From the NCBI GenBank assembly GCA_963737155.1, contig CAVTRN010000002.1, forward strand, positions 576,001-640,000: a stretch of 64,000 nucleotides of DNA, read 5' to 3'. A model generated the notes under the pieces. It had not been told where the DNA came from and did no database searches. It worked only from the letters and a program-made list of their open reading frames with translations. This stretch comes from Nitrospirota bacterium (lineage in GTDB: Bacteria > Nitrospirota > UBA9217). Position 1 is the stretch's first letter. Each line of letters opens with the position of its first letter. Both the position numbers and the translations under genes were made by a program. Positions 41,995 through 52,658 of the stretch are shown piece after piece.

Positions 41995-42661
41995 CCGACA
42001 GAAACCGCGCCTTAAGGCCAAGGCGTATCTGATTCGGTTTGCGGATGATGCGATATCGGGGTTCGCAGGAGAGTAAGACGCCTTGAAGGCTACCTAAGCG
42101 GTTTGCGCGATACGGACTGTCACTCTATCCAGATAAGACCAGCGTGGTCAACTTCACCAGGCCGCTCCGTATCAACCCGCAAGCTCATGAGAAGGTGTCA
42201 TCCAACTTCCTGGGGTCCACGCACGATTGGGGAATGTCTCAGAATAGAACACTGTCAGTTAAGCGCCGTACGGAGAAGAGTCGATTGGTTCGGGCGCTCA
42301 AGAAAGTGGCTGAGTGGAGCAAGAAGAACCGCCACGCACCTTAAGTGAGCAATACAAGAACCTAACCCGGAAGCTTCAAGGGCACTACGCTTATTACGGA
42401 ATCACGGGCAACACTCATCCTCTTTTTAGTTTTGGCCAGCAAATTGTCTAACTTTGGAGAAAATAGCTGATGGGGTGGACACAGGGCACGTGGATTTCGT
42501 GGGAACAATTACATCGCATGCTGAAAGTCTATCCACTGGCACGAGTGAGAATCGTTCACCGCCATAATTAGCGAAACTATGACATGAAGAACCGAATGTG
42601 TGAATCGCACACGTGCAGGTCTGTCGGAGGCCTGGGCGGGTAACCGGCCGGGTCTGCCCGG
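41995..42661 (+). mobile_element. 5'-truncated, decayed group II intron (RT/maturase remnant plus domains V-VI)
   Basis: LIRFADD, RYGLSLYPDKT, FLGSTH, KLQGHYAYYGITGN with stops and frameshifts; DV gaagaaccgaatgtgtgaatcgcacacgtgcaggtctgt and DVI ggcctgggcgggtaaccggccgggtc at 42586-42661. Confidence 0.85.
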
Positions 42662-43090
42662 AAACGCTTCTTCCTGATACTGGTGAAGTTCCTATTTTTC
42701 GAAACAACTCGATTTGCAACCTGTATACGACGCTCTGCGCAAAAATATGTTATATATGTGCACATCTAGAATCACTGATCGGTGAATATCCCCCTTACAA
42801 TATTTATTGTTTCAAGCACAATTCCTTCTTGTCAGCATTATTCACTCCCAATTGAATAACCTATCTGTAACGCAATCTTAACTTGAACTATGCAAAGATA
42901 CATGATAAAAAACAATTACCCATTCGATTCATACCTTTTTTGACTTATTTTTTTTATAATTAGCACTTGTTCACATGTGATGTTGGGCCCGGGGTTTCGG
43001 GGGGATAGAACGCAATATAGCACGATTATGGCTCGAAGACGCGAACTATTACAAATGGTTTATGATGATATATTCAGGAGGAAGCTCTCA

Positions 43091-43867
43091 ATGAAAAGAT
43101 CTCAGGGTGTTGCAATTGTTTCCGCAGTGTTGATTATGTTTTTTTTCGCGCCTGCATCTCGGGCAGCTGGAAAAAGTGACGAGAACGTTGCCGAATGCCT
43201 CCAGCTTGAGAGGAAAGATGCAGACTCACTCGTCAAAAAAATCGTACCCGAGGGCAACACTGTGGATGTTAAAGAGTCGCCTGTCAAGGGGGTGTGGCAG
43301 ATCGATGTTGAAAAAGGCGGGCAGCGCGGGTCAATCTTTCTAGATTGCTCGAGAAAATACTTGGTCCAACTCGTGGAGCTCGATGCCTACCTCAAGCAGA
43401 TGCAGGCCCAGCAAACCCCTCAGAAAGTTGATGTCTCGAAAATTCTTCTCGATGACTCTATTACGGTGGGCGCGAAGACCGCAGTAAAAAAAGTGATAGT
43501 ATTCAGCGATCCGGATTGTCCTTATTGCAGGAGGCTCCACAAGAGCATAAGTCAGATCATTGTGAAGAGGCCGGATGTTGCTTTTATTGAGATTCTTTAT
43601 CCTTTGCCGATGCACAAGGATTCCCCCAAAAAAGTCCAGTCTATCCTGTGCTCTAAATCCGTGGAAATGCTCGATGACGCTTTCTCGGGAAAGACGATCC
43701 CCGAGCCACCCACGAACTGTACGACGGCTGCGATGGAGCGAAATACAGCGCTTGCCCAGTCGCTCAATTTCAGTGGCACGCCGACTATAGTGCGCGATGA
43801 CGGGACTGTGATGTCCGGAGCTCTCCCGGAAGACAAGCTGCTTGAGTGGATCGACAAAAAACAGTAA
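43091..43867 (+). CDS. DsbC family thiol:disulfide interchange protein
   Basis: Signal peptide, dimerisation domain ESPVKGVWQI, FSDPDCPYC, GTP; start set at ATG 43091 after AGGAGG. Confidence 0.9.
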   Translation: MKRSQGVAIVSAVLIMFFFAPASRAAGKSDENVAECLQLERKDADSLVKKIVPEGNTVDVKESPVKGVWQIDVEKGGQRGSIFLDCSRKYLVQLVELDAYLKQMQAQQTPQKVDVSKILLDDSITVGAKTAVKKVIVFSDPDCPYCRRLHKSISQIIVKRPDVAFIEILYPLPMHKDSPKKVQSILCSKSVEMLDDAFSGKTIPEPPTNCTTAAMERNTALAQSLNFSGTPTIVRDDGTVMSGALPEDKLLEWIDKKQ

Positions 43868-43904
43868 CCTCTGAGCTAGCGGTAAGATTGCAAGGGTTTG
43901 AGGG

Positions 43905-44290
43905 CGAAGGCAGGCTCGGCAGCCGACGAGGAGACCGCTGAACTGGATGACGATTTATCACGGCACCCTAAAAAAAACGTGGAATATAATGCTGGCATCG
44001 GCTTTAGTTTATGGCCAGAATGTCCACTAGGTATTAAGTGATGCCTAAAGACATAATCATAACGTACAGTCCATGGTATGTAGATCGACTGCCGCATATC
44101 GTGACGGATGGGTACGGACAGGCAACCAGCGCTATCTCTGCTTGATGTCCGGAAAGCAGATCACCAATGGTTTTCGCACGGGAGTCAAGAAAACCTTCAG
44201 GCTTTGTCTGCGGCAACATCATGCATCTATAGGGGGTTGACCACACAACTGTAAGTTTGAGGTATTCGCGATATCCTGACTGCAGGACAT
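43905..44290 (+). pseudogene. Possible GH130-like glycosidase C-terminal remnant
   Basis: Across frames ETAE-WMTIYHG, YNAG, LPHIV, IY-GG-TTVSL resemble GH130 C-terminal motifs; heavily eroded. Confidence 0.4.
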
Positions 44291-44412
44291 GCACAAAAGT
44301 TTCGATGAGCTGAAGCCGTAAGCTCATTTCTTAAGCGCTGATAATGAAGCATATCGGAAATCGGTATGAGCATCTCTATCTATTCTTCCAAAGTTCGGAT
44401 CAACAAACATCA

Positions 44413-45633
44413 ATGGCAAAACTTGAATTTCCAAAAGGATTCTTCTGGGGAGCATCAACAGCCAGCCATCAGGTTGAGGGAAACACTCAAAACCAATGGA
44501 GTAAATGGGAAATATCGCTGGGGCGAATGGCGCAATTGGAACACGACGGCCTCATCGCTAAATACGGTAAAGAGAACTTTATTTCCGGACCAGCGGCAGA
44601 TCACTTTAATCGTTACGAAGAGGATTTCCGCCTGGCGCAAGAGTTTGGCCATGTGGCAGCCCGGGTTTCAATCGAATGGTCTCGCGTTGAACCTCAAGAA
44701 GGGTATTTTGATGCAACAGCAATTGAGCATTACCGTCAGGTCATAGCGTCCATTCGCAAAAATGACATGGAACCCTTTGTTACGCTCTGGCACTGGACGT
44801 TTCCGATCTGGTTTAGGGACAAGGGCGGTTTTGCCACTCGAAAGAATATAAATTATTTTGCGCGGTTCGCGGAGAAGATGGTTGTTGAGCTGACGAACGT
44901 AAAGTTTTGGATCACATTAAATGAACCCGAAATATATGCGAAAAATAGTTACTCAAACGGTGTATGGCCTCCTCAAGAAAAAAGTTTGCTCGTTACTTTG
45001 AAAGTTTATTACAATCTCATCCAAGCACATCGATTAGCATATAAAAAGATGAAAGATGCTAACTCCTCTGCACAGATTGGCATCGCGAAGAATAATGCTT
45101 ATTTTAAAGTGTGTAAAAATCAGTTGCATAACGTTATCACGAAAAAATTCCTGGATTGGAGCTGGAATTATCATTTTCTTAATAAACTTTCCCGAATGCA
45201 GGATTTTATCGGACTCAATCATTATTTCTATATCCGCATAGGCATAGACCGTCAAACTAGTCAAAGTGAGAATCTTAAAACCAGTGATATGGGATGGGAA
45301 CTATACCCGGAAGCGATATATCACGTCCTTAAAGATTTAAAAAAATATAAGTTGCCGATTTATATAACCGAAAATGGTCTTGCTGATGCGGAAGATGCGC
45401 AGAGAGCATGGTTCATAAAAGAAACCTTGGTAAATGCCCATCGCGCTATTTCCGAAGGTGTCGATGTTCGCGGATATTTTTACTGGTCGCTTATGGATAA
45501 TTTTGAGTGGGATAAGGGATTCTGGCCGCGTTTCGGGTTGATTGCAATCGATTATCCAACGCAAAAACGAACACCGCGACAGTCTGCGATGGTTTACAAA
45601 GATATTTGTAAAAACAACGGATTCGAACACTAG
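44413..45633 (+). CDS. Glycoside hydrolase family 1 (beta-glucosidase/galactosidase)
   Basis: FPKGFFWGASTASHQVEG, TLNEP, ITENG, WSLMDNFEW. Confidence 0.95.
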   Translation: MAKLEFPKGFFWGASTASHQVEGNTQNQWSKWEISLGRMAQLEHDGLIAKYGKENFISGPAADHFNRYEEDFRLAQEFGHVAARVSIEWSRVEPQEGYFDATAIEHYRQVIASIRKNDMEPFVTLWHWTFPIWFRDKGGFATRKNINYFARFAEKMVVELTNVKFWITLNEPEIYAKNSYSNGVWPPQEKSLLVTLKVYYNLIQAHRLAYKKMKDANSSAQIGIAKNNAYFKVCKNQLHNVITKKFLDWSWNYHFLNKLSRMQDFIGLNHYFYIRIGIDRQTSQSENLKTSDMGWELYPEAIYHVLKDLKKYKLPIYITENGLADAEDAQRAWFIKETLVNAHRAISEGVDVRGYFYWSLMDNFEWDKGFWPRFGLIAIDYPTQKRTPRQSAMVYKDICKNNGFEH

Positions 45634-46632
45634 AAATTTCTACCTATGAGTAGCCGCAACAGTTGATAATTGAGTGATATCGCTATGATTGTTTTTGGAT
45701 ACGTAAAATTTGAAAATATTTATAGATTCTCCTTAATCATCTAACAATCGAATAAAATAATACAACAAGAATTATGCTCATCAGAGGATGTAGCGATATT
45801 CAACGAGGAAAATGAACAAAGGCCAGCGCTATGATTATTGGACAGACATTGCTTTTTAGAACGATCAACATGAGCATGGTGTCGATGAGACTGGTGCGAT
45901 GGATCGAGATGGCCAAGATTTTTCTCGGGGTGCCTCTGCTTCTCTCGGGAAATTTCGCCCCCGTCTTAACATTGTCGCATTACAGGTCGTCTGCATCTTT
46001 CGCCTTGCCCTGTTTTTGCGTGAATTGACTTTGATCGTGGCCCATTCGGATTGAACGGCTATCATAATTGCGCACATTATCGAAACGCTTCTCGATATTC
46101 ACAAGCTGCACCACGCTGTACCTGTTTCTTGCCGAGGAGGGAATCGCGCTGACAACCCCTCGACACAATCCTCCTCTGGGCACCTATCATGATAGCCTGT
46201 CCTCTCAGACGTTCCTCAGGAAATCATTTATCGACATATTATGTCACCGGTACAATTCTCTATTTTCGCAAGAGAAAGAAAGCGTACTGGCAAATGCGGC
46301 ACTATATGCATTCAACTATATTCTTTTCAGAAACTGGATAGCCGTTACAGGATCATTCGTTGCAAGTTTATTCCAGGTGAAGACCTATCTGCAGGGAAGA
46401 TGTTCCTAGCTGTTTCGATTGAACAGGCCCCAACCGATGATATCGTGTTTACGCTTGACATCGGGTATTATCATGTACCGGACTTTGATTGGCATAATAA
46501 ATATCTGCAGTGCCGTGACCGGGGGATGGCTGACGTGATTTGGGTGAAAGTCGAGATACCATGGCTTAGCAAAAGAATGCGCTTCGGCATCAAATTAATT
46601 AGGGTAAATGTTATTACTGAGGAGGTGCAAAA

Positions 46633-47640
46633 ATGCGTTTACGCCAAAGTTTACTCATCTGTTGGTTTGGTGTCCTCATAACTTGCAGTCAAGCGTTCGC
46701 TTGGGGACCGGATGGCCACCATACTGTGGGTGCCATCGCAGATCGCCTGATTGCCGGTTCTCACGCCGCCCGGGAGATCAAAATGATCCTAGGTGACCTC
46801 AGCCTGCAGGACGCTTCGGTTTGGGCTGACTGTGCCAAGGGCATTGATCCTCGTAAGAACTACACCTATCAAACGGAAGGTAAATACCCGGAGTGCAAGA
46901 TTTACGAAACTCCTGCGCTGGAAGCGGAAATGAGTGACTTCGTCCGCCGAAATGACAAGAACTGCACTCCTAAACCCGGTGAGGAATCATGCCATAAACA
47001 GTATCATTACACCGACGTCGCCATTCAGCACGACCACTATGACCGTAACTTTGTCGGTACACGCGACGACGACATTGTAGCGGCGATAGCTGCTGCAACG
47101 CATGTCCTGAAAGGAGAGCCGGCACCTGTGCCCTTCAGTTTTAAAGATAAACGTGAAGCGCTCCTGGTGCTAACCCATTATGTCGGAGACATCCATCAAC
47201 CTCTGCATGTCGGCGCCGTGTACCTTGACACAAAAGGAAAGCGCATCAATCCCGACACAGGCATTTTTGATCTGAAGACCAGCACCCGCGGGGGCAATGA
47301 GATTACAGTCATAGGAGAAAGCTATAATCTTCACGCCTTGTGGGATGGTATTCCAGCGTCACTGACCGTTTCCCACATGACCGCATTCCTTATAAAGAAG
47401 GCGGCGAAGATCCCTGTCACGGATGGTCAAATTTACGACTGGCCCGCAACGTGGGCTAGCGATACAGTCGGCGTGGCCAGGCAGGCTTTTAAAGGTCTTG
47501 TATTCAGTAGCCTGCAGAACGGTCACTGGAGCACGACATTGCCAGCGACGTACAACAAAAAGATGTATAGTATGAAGCAGAAACAACTATTAAAGGCCGG
47601 TGCTCACTTAGCGCAACTGCTGCAAGCAATCTGGCAATAA
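46633..47640 (+). CDS. S1/P1 nuclease, secreted
   Basis: Signal peptide then WGPDGH, WAD, HYTD, HYVGDIHQPLH, NLHALWD zinc ligands; GGAGG RBS. Confidence 0.93.
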   Translation: MRLRQSLLICWFGVLITCSQAFAWGPDGHHTVGAIADRLIAGSHAAREIKMILGDLSLQDASVWADCAKGIDPRKNYTYQTEGKYPECKIYETPALEAEMSDFVRRNDKNCTPKPGEESCHKQYHYTDVAIQHDHYDRNFVGTRDDDIVAAIAAATHVLKGEPAPVPFSFKDKREALLVLTHYVGDIHQPLHVGAVYLDTKGKRINPDTGIFDLKTSTRGGNEITVIGESYNLHALWDGIPASLTVSHMTAFLIKKAAKIPVTDGQIYDWPATWASDTVGVARQAFKGLVFSSLQNGHWSTTLPATYNKKMYSMKQKQLLKAGAHLAQLLQAIWQ

Positions 47641-47849
47641 GGTGGATGGCGGAGTTGCTATTTTCTAAATGACGCGAAGCCGTCTCATTGCAATGCATGG
47701 TATCTTATCCTTCCTAATGCTCGCGACAGTTTCATCTTTTTAGAATTGCAGAATACTTATAGAAATATGAAATCAATAGAAGCAGCCAGCTAACTAATTT
47801 AGTTAGGCATTTGAAAACACGACCCGCTCGCGAGATGCAGGAGAAATGC

Positions 47850-48734
47850 ATGAAGATCGAACATCATTTACTGCACCGTAATGGTCTGAACTGGCATGTA
47901 GTGACTACTGGGCCAGCGAAGGCACCGCCGGTCTTTCTTCTTCATTGTTGGACCGGGAACTGGACCATGTGGCAAACGACAATGGAGCGACTATCGGGCA
48001 AATATCGTTGTATCGCTCCGGACCAGCTCGGCTTCGGGCGCAGTGACAAGCCGCAGGGTAATCAGTATCGGATTGCCTGGCAAACCGAGCGAGCCAGATT
48101 TATTTTGAAATATTTCGGATGCGCTCGTGCCCACATCCTTGGTCACAGCATGGGTGGTCAAGTTGCACTTACATTGGCGGCGCAATATCCTGAAATGGTG
48201 ATGCGTCTTATCGTCATGGATCCAGTTGTTACCAAGCATTTACATCTGTTGGCCTATCCGTTAATGCTGTATCCAACCTTAGCCAGACGTGGCATCGAAT
48301 TTCCCTACCGATGGATATATACGCTGGGAAGCCGATTCCCCCAGCTGGGGATTCAACTGCTGCGGGCTTTATTTCCACACCCAAATCAGCAACGTGAAGC
48401 CGCGCTGTATTGGTTAGGGCAAATGGGAGCTGATGGGCAGCTAAATTCTTCCGCCTGGGCTGCCAAAGCCATTGTGGAGTGGAATGTGAAACCGCTGCTG
48501 AAAAACATCACCGCTCCAACGTTAGCCATTTGGGGGATGAAAGACCGGTTAGTGCCCGTGAGGCAATGTACCATCCTGGAGCAAGAGATCGCCAACTGCC
48601 GTACGATACGCATCCCCGATGTCGGACACTTTCCGATGATTGAAGCATTCGGAACGTACATTAGAGAGATCGACCGGTTTTTGGCAATGGATCGGGGTGA
48701 CATTGGAATGCAGGATAATAACGTTGAAGTATAA
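47850..48734 (+). CDS. Alpha/beta fold hydrolase
   Basis: LLHCWTG, PDQLGFGRS, GHSMGG, GHFP. Confidence 0.92.
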   Translation: MKIEHHLLHRNGLNWHVVTTGPAKAPPVFLLHCWTGNWTMWQTTMERLSGKYRCIAPDQLGFGRSDKPQGNQYRIAWQTERARFILKYFGCARAHILGHSMGGQVALTLAAQYPEMVMRLIVMDPVVTKHLHLLAYPLMLYPTLARRGIEFPYRWIYTLGSRFPQLGIQLLRALFPHPNQQREAALYWLGQMGADGQLNSSAWAAKAIVEWNVKPLLKNITAPTLAIWGMKDRLVPVRQCTILEQEIANCRTIRIPDVGHFPMIEAFGTYIREIDRFLAMDRGDIGMQDNNVEV

Positions 48735-48924
48735 AGCTTCAATGGCAACTATCCGGTGGAGGTACTGGTAGGAGATGTTATATTCCGAGATGAAGATAAG
48801 GATTTTGGTTGAAACGAATAGTGTTGGAACACTCCCAGAAGTTGTTGCGGTCGCAATTTGTTGTAACTCAAAAACCTACAACTTGTATTTTTCAGCGCTT
48901 ACCACATAAGCCCATTCAACAATG

Positions 48925-49172
48925 TGTAATACCAAAATAGAAATGTCCTATTTCAAGATGCCAGGGCTGTTCTTCAATTGTCATAAGAGCCTGCATTAAT
49001 GCACCTGGAATTGCCCTACGTATCATAAACGACGTAAAAGCAGTGGAATCAGAGATTAATGCCCTGAGATCCCTAAACAGATCAGTTTGATTACGGCTAG
49101 AGGCGCATTTAATGTAAAAAAGTTGGACATTTCTATTTTGGCATAGTAGGACATTTCTACTTTGGGGCAACA
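48925..49172. mobile_element. 248-bp non-autonomous IS1202-like element (MITE or internal deletion derivative)
   Basis: TGT...ACA ends; CCAAAATAGAAATGTCC (48932-48948) inverted at 49125-49141 and 49149-49165; flanked by the 16-bp direct repeat AGCCCATTCAACAATG (48909-48924, 49173-49188). Confidence 0.85.
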
Positions 49173-49361
49173 AGCCCATTCAACAATGTTGACATGGACT
49201 GGAATCAGGCATATATTCTCCGATAAGTAGCGTGATGATGTGGCATATTCATTGCCAAATAGCATCATCAAACCAGCGTAATCTAGGGAACTACACAAGG
49301 TCTGATATGGTGTCGGGCTCTACATAACTCGAATACTCAATAAGAATCTAAGGAGGCACAC

Positions 49362-49826
49362 ATGGGTTACGTAGACTCACAGCTTCTCCCCGGTGAAAAA
49401 GTTGTTTACCGCTCCAAACTTCATTGGCAAGTCTTTCTGCTTCCCGGCTTCTTCGCCAGTATCGTACTTCTTGCGTCGATATACTCATTCGTCAGTGGGA
49501 TCAAAGGAGTTGGACTGTTCTTATTAATATTGGCGGTATACTTAATTCTTGTTCCTTTCATCAAAAGGGCTAATTCAGAATTCGCGGTCACGAATAAGCG
49601 CATTATCGTCAAACTTGGGTTCTTCACGACTCGCACATTGGAGTTGCTGCACTCGAAAGTCGAAACTATCAGCGTGTATCAGGGATTGTTGGGAAAGTTG
49701 CTCGGCTATGGTGACATCGTTGTTACAGGGAGTGGCGGCACACGAGAAGAGTTTAAGGCAGTTGCATCACCACTCGAACTTCGGCGTTCTGTTCAAGCGG
49801 CATCAACGTCGGTAGCTGACGTCTGA
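49362..49826 (+). CDS. Bacterial PH (bPH_2) domain membrane protein
   Basis: LLPGEKVVY, EFAVTNKRII, QGLLGKLLGYGDI; AAGGAGG RBS. Confidence 0.88.
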   Translation: MGYVDSQLLPGEKVVYRSKLHWQVFLLPGFFASIVLLASIYSFVSGIKGVGLFLLILAVYLILVPFIKRANSEFAVTNKRIIVKLGFFTTRTLELLHSKVETISVYQGLLGKLLGYGDIVVTGSGGTREEFKAVASPLELRRSVQAASTSVADV

Positions 49827-49912
49827 AAAACGATTGCACTGAACACGTCTTTGCGGCAAGTGGCCATTTCTAAATCTCAAGTTGTCGTCGCGCCAGTGAA
49901 TTAACTACTTTC
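49821..49912 (+). other. Degenerate attC-like site after the PH-domain gene
   Basis: TT(G)CACTG(A)ACACG versus CGCGCCAGTGAA pair with bulged bases; the gene stop lies in an R''-like gtcTGAa; R' is eroded. Confidence 0.35.
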
Positions 49913-50479
49913 ATGTGCCAACGGCCAGTACTTCGCGCATAATCTAAACGCTTGTTGCTGCAAGCTCGCAGGGTTATCAGCCTCCGCGATCAGCGAGGTT
50001 ATATAGAGTTCTCGTTGCAGTTAGCGGTCAAGAAACTCAAACCTTAATCTAGGCGTTCTAAGTTCCAAGCAAATAAATTATCCTGTAAAAACTGGCAACC
50101 CTAAGAAGAACATGCGATTTTAGCTCATGCCTAAAGAGTCAGGCAAGCAGCTATGTTTAAAATGATTTTATAGGCAATTCAATCTGAGATTAGGATTGCC
50201 GAAATTAATGGTTCTTTCTGATAGTTAGGCTGAATCAGACAAATTGGGAGTGCACTGAGTTTTATTCTGTATCGTTCAATGACAGGAATTAGGCAAAAAA
50301 ACTACCTGAAAAGAATAAAGACCATTGTATTATAGTATGCAGATGCTGGATTTCCGTACCAATTGGAACGAGGTATAATAATATTCTTACCTGCCTAGAT
50401 CTGATGATGTGATCCGTGTTGTTTTGCGTGCAGGGAAGTAGGTAAGTATAAGGTTTTGCGAAAAGGAGGTCAGGGTATC

Positions 50480-51043
50480 ATGAATGATCATGCTAGACTA
50501 AGAACTCTTGTCATCATGCTCTCGATCACGGTGACATTTTTCATCGCTGATTCTGTTGCAAACGCATTGACAAAAGCTGAGATTGATGTCGGCATCGCAA
50601 CGACCTTGTCCCGATTCCGGAAGGATATCAAGGGAGGCTCCGAATATCTAAAGGCAGCGAAGGGCGTGCTGGTCATGCCACACATCACTAAAGCCGCCTT
50701 CATTATCGGCGGGCAGTACGGCCAGGGTTCTCTTCAAGTCGGCGGCAAGACCGTCCAGTACTATAGCCTCGGGTCGGGCTCACTGGGATATCAGATCGGC
50801 GCCGAGCAGTACGACATGATCATTGTTTTTATGACTGAGGATGCACTTAACAAATTCCGTAAAAGTGATGGTTGGGAGGCAGGCGCGGACGCAGAAGTAG
50901 CACTTATTCATGCGGGGGCCACCGCTTCTGTTGAGACACTCAAGACTCAGCATCCCGTCGCGGGATTTGTCTTCGATCAGAAAGGTTTGATGGCAGGAGT
51001 CTCTCTCAAAGGAGACAAGTTTACACCGATTTATCCTAAGTAA
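50480..51043 (+). CDS. Ysc84/SYLF lipid-binding domain protein, secreted
   Basis: AKGVLVMP, KAAFIIGGQYGQG, SLGYQIG, KGLMAGVSLKG. Confidence 0.88.
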   Translation: MNDHARLRTLVIMLSITVTFFIADSVANALTKAEIDVGIATTLSRFRKDIKGGSEYLKAAKGVLVMPHITKAAFIIGGQYGQGSLQVGGKTVQYYSLGSGSLGYQIGAEQYDMIIVFMTEDALNKFRKSDGWEAGADAEVALIHAGATASVETLKTQHPVAGFVFDQKGLMAGVSLKGDKFTPIYPK

Positions 51044-51182
51044 GACGTTTTTGCGGAAACATCTCCCGTCTGTGCTTCCACGCTACTCCTTAAGATAGGG
51101 GAACTCATAGACGCAGAACTTTAGAACTTGCTTCAAACGGACGTTCATGACGAAATGACTGGGAGTAAAAAAAGGAGGCTGT

Positions 51183-51399
51183 ATGAGGAAGATATTACTA
51201 TTGATTGCTTTCGGAGAAGGGGCCTGTATCTGATGTTCGCTCTCTTAACTCCTGCAACAAGTAATGCCGAGGTAGACGTCAATATTAAAATTGCCTTGCC
51301 CGGGGCCCAGGGCGGTTCATTCCAGCATCCCCTATGATCGTGATCCTCAATACTCATGTATATTATCCACCTGACGTTCAGGTGGCTATTTTCTATTGA
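51183..51399 (+). pseudogene. Frameshifted fragment paralogous to the 8926-9606 protein
   Basis: GGAGG RBS; SNAEVDVNIKIALP and MIVILNTHVYYPPDVQVAIFY resemble AQVNINVGVGIPLP and VVAMPDTNDVYVAPDVSADLFF. Confidence 0.55.
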
Positions 51400-51439
51400 C
51401 CGAACACTCGGTTTCAAGGAAAACTAAGTTCAATATTGT

Positions 51440-52015
51440 TTAGTGTTGCAACTCTCTTTTTGGCATCAGATGCTTATTTCTCTTCTTATGTAATATGATA
51501 CCGATATATATGTTCAGCAGATTGGATCTCTCGAGGAATGGAATCGGGGGTTTTCCTCTTCTCATCCCCATTTTTCGCAACTCATTTATGATGTCACTGT
51601 TCCACTGATCATAGACCAGTCCCTTAGTGAGGGCAGCCCGTGCTTCCCTTCGCTTGCCCGCTACTGCATATGCTTTGCCGAGATTATAATAGAACACCGC
51701 ATAGAACGCTTCTTCATCAAAGGACCCTTTGGTTTGGAGCTTTTCAAGCGCCTTCTGACAGGTCTCAATACCCATGCGGTATTTCTTTTCCACAATCACT
51801 AAAAGGCACCCGTAATAGGAGAGAAGGACCGGTTCGTCAGGGAAATGAATTATTGCCTGCTGCAATAATGAGAAAGCTTCCTTATGCATGCCGGCGCGCA
51901 ACTGAGCCTTCACCTGACGGAAATATTCAACCGGTTTTAAGGGAGTAAAGCTAGAATGATATAGCGTATTGGTGTGTTCTGCATGAATAGTGCTGATGTG
52001 TTCCTTCACAAGCAT
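51440..52015 (-). CDS. Tetratricopeptide repeat protein
   Basis: LLSYYGCL, FYYNLGKAYAVAG, PIPFLERSNLLNIYIG. Confidence 0.82.
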   Translation of the reverse strand: MLVKEHISTIHAEHTNTLYHSSFTPLKPVEYFRQVKAQLRAGMHKEAFSLLQQAIIHFPDEPVLLSYYGCLLVIVEKKYRMGIETCQKALEKLQTKGSFDEEAFYAVFYYNLGKAYAVAGKRREARAALTKGLVYDQWNSDIINELRKMGMRRGKPPIPFLERSNLLNIYIGIILHKKRNKHLMPKRELQH

Positions 52016-52576
52016 TTATCCTCCTTTGGAGTAGACATGAAACTCAGGTCATCTTGAATGCGTGGTTCAAATTTATCTAATACTAATACTCGAAAATTGG
52101 AAACTCAATTGCTCCACGGATGCCAACTTTGATTCAAACCGGTAGATGTGCTCATAAAGTAGTTAACATAGACCGTGGTCGCGCTGAAGAAAAAAAGTTG
52201 AACTTAAAAAATTACGGTCGTTATAGTTGCCTTGGCTCCTACAGTATCTGCCCTGTTTGAGCCCCACGGAAGAAAAACGTATATGTGTGCATGATAAGCA
52301 GTGAATTGATGCAGTCGAGAGGAGATACAGAACTTACTCGTTATTTGCTGGATCCGAAGTGATGACCATGTGAGCATTTCCTGCAGCTACATGAGTTCCC
52401 CGATTGTATAACGTAGTGATTGTTAAAATTGTTGGTTCACTAAACGATCATTGTCTAACGAAATCCTGTCAAATGCAATCAAACAGCTCAAGAAATATCC
52501 AGTAAAGGAACCGCTTAACAAAGCATTTTCTTTATGTTATTATGACACTTGATGTTGGTGGTCGGGTTTCAGGCAA

Positions 52577-52658
52577 CTTATATCCCGAAGTTCGTCGGGT
52601 CAAATCCGGTCGCCGCCAACAAATTTATCGAAGGGCTGCGGCATCACTGTATACCCTT
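52577..52658 (+). other. Decayed tRNA-fMet 3' half plus terminator remnant (att-like scar)
   Basis: 52577-52621 matches the canonical initiator tRNA 3' end CTCATAACCCGAAGGTCGTCGGTTCAAATCCGGCCCCCGCAACCA (recalled sequence) at 37/45 positions by manual alignment; AAGGG...CCCTT stem follows. Confidence 0.6.

Noticed and set aside
45831-46681. Several short ORFs between the GH1 and S1/P1 genes
   Set aside because: No motifs and mutually overlapping; probably non-coding or eroded
49312-49333. GTCGGGCTC-tac-ATAACTCGAA resembling the tRNA-fMet anticodon arm
   Set aside because: Needs a 3-nt insertion and has no T-arm
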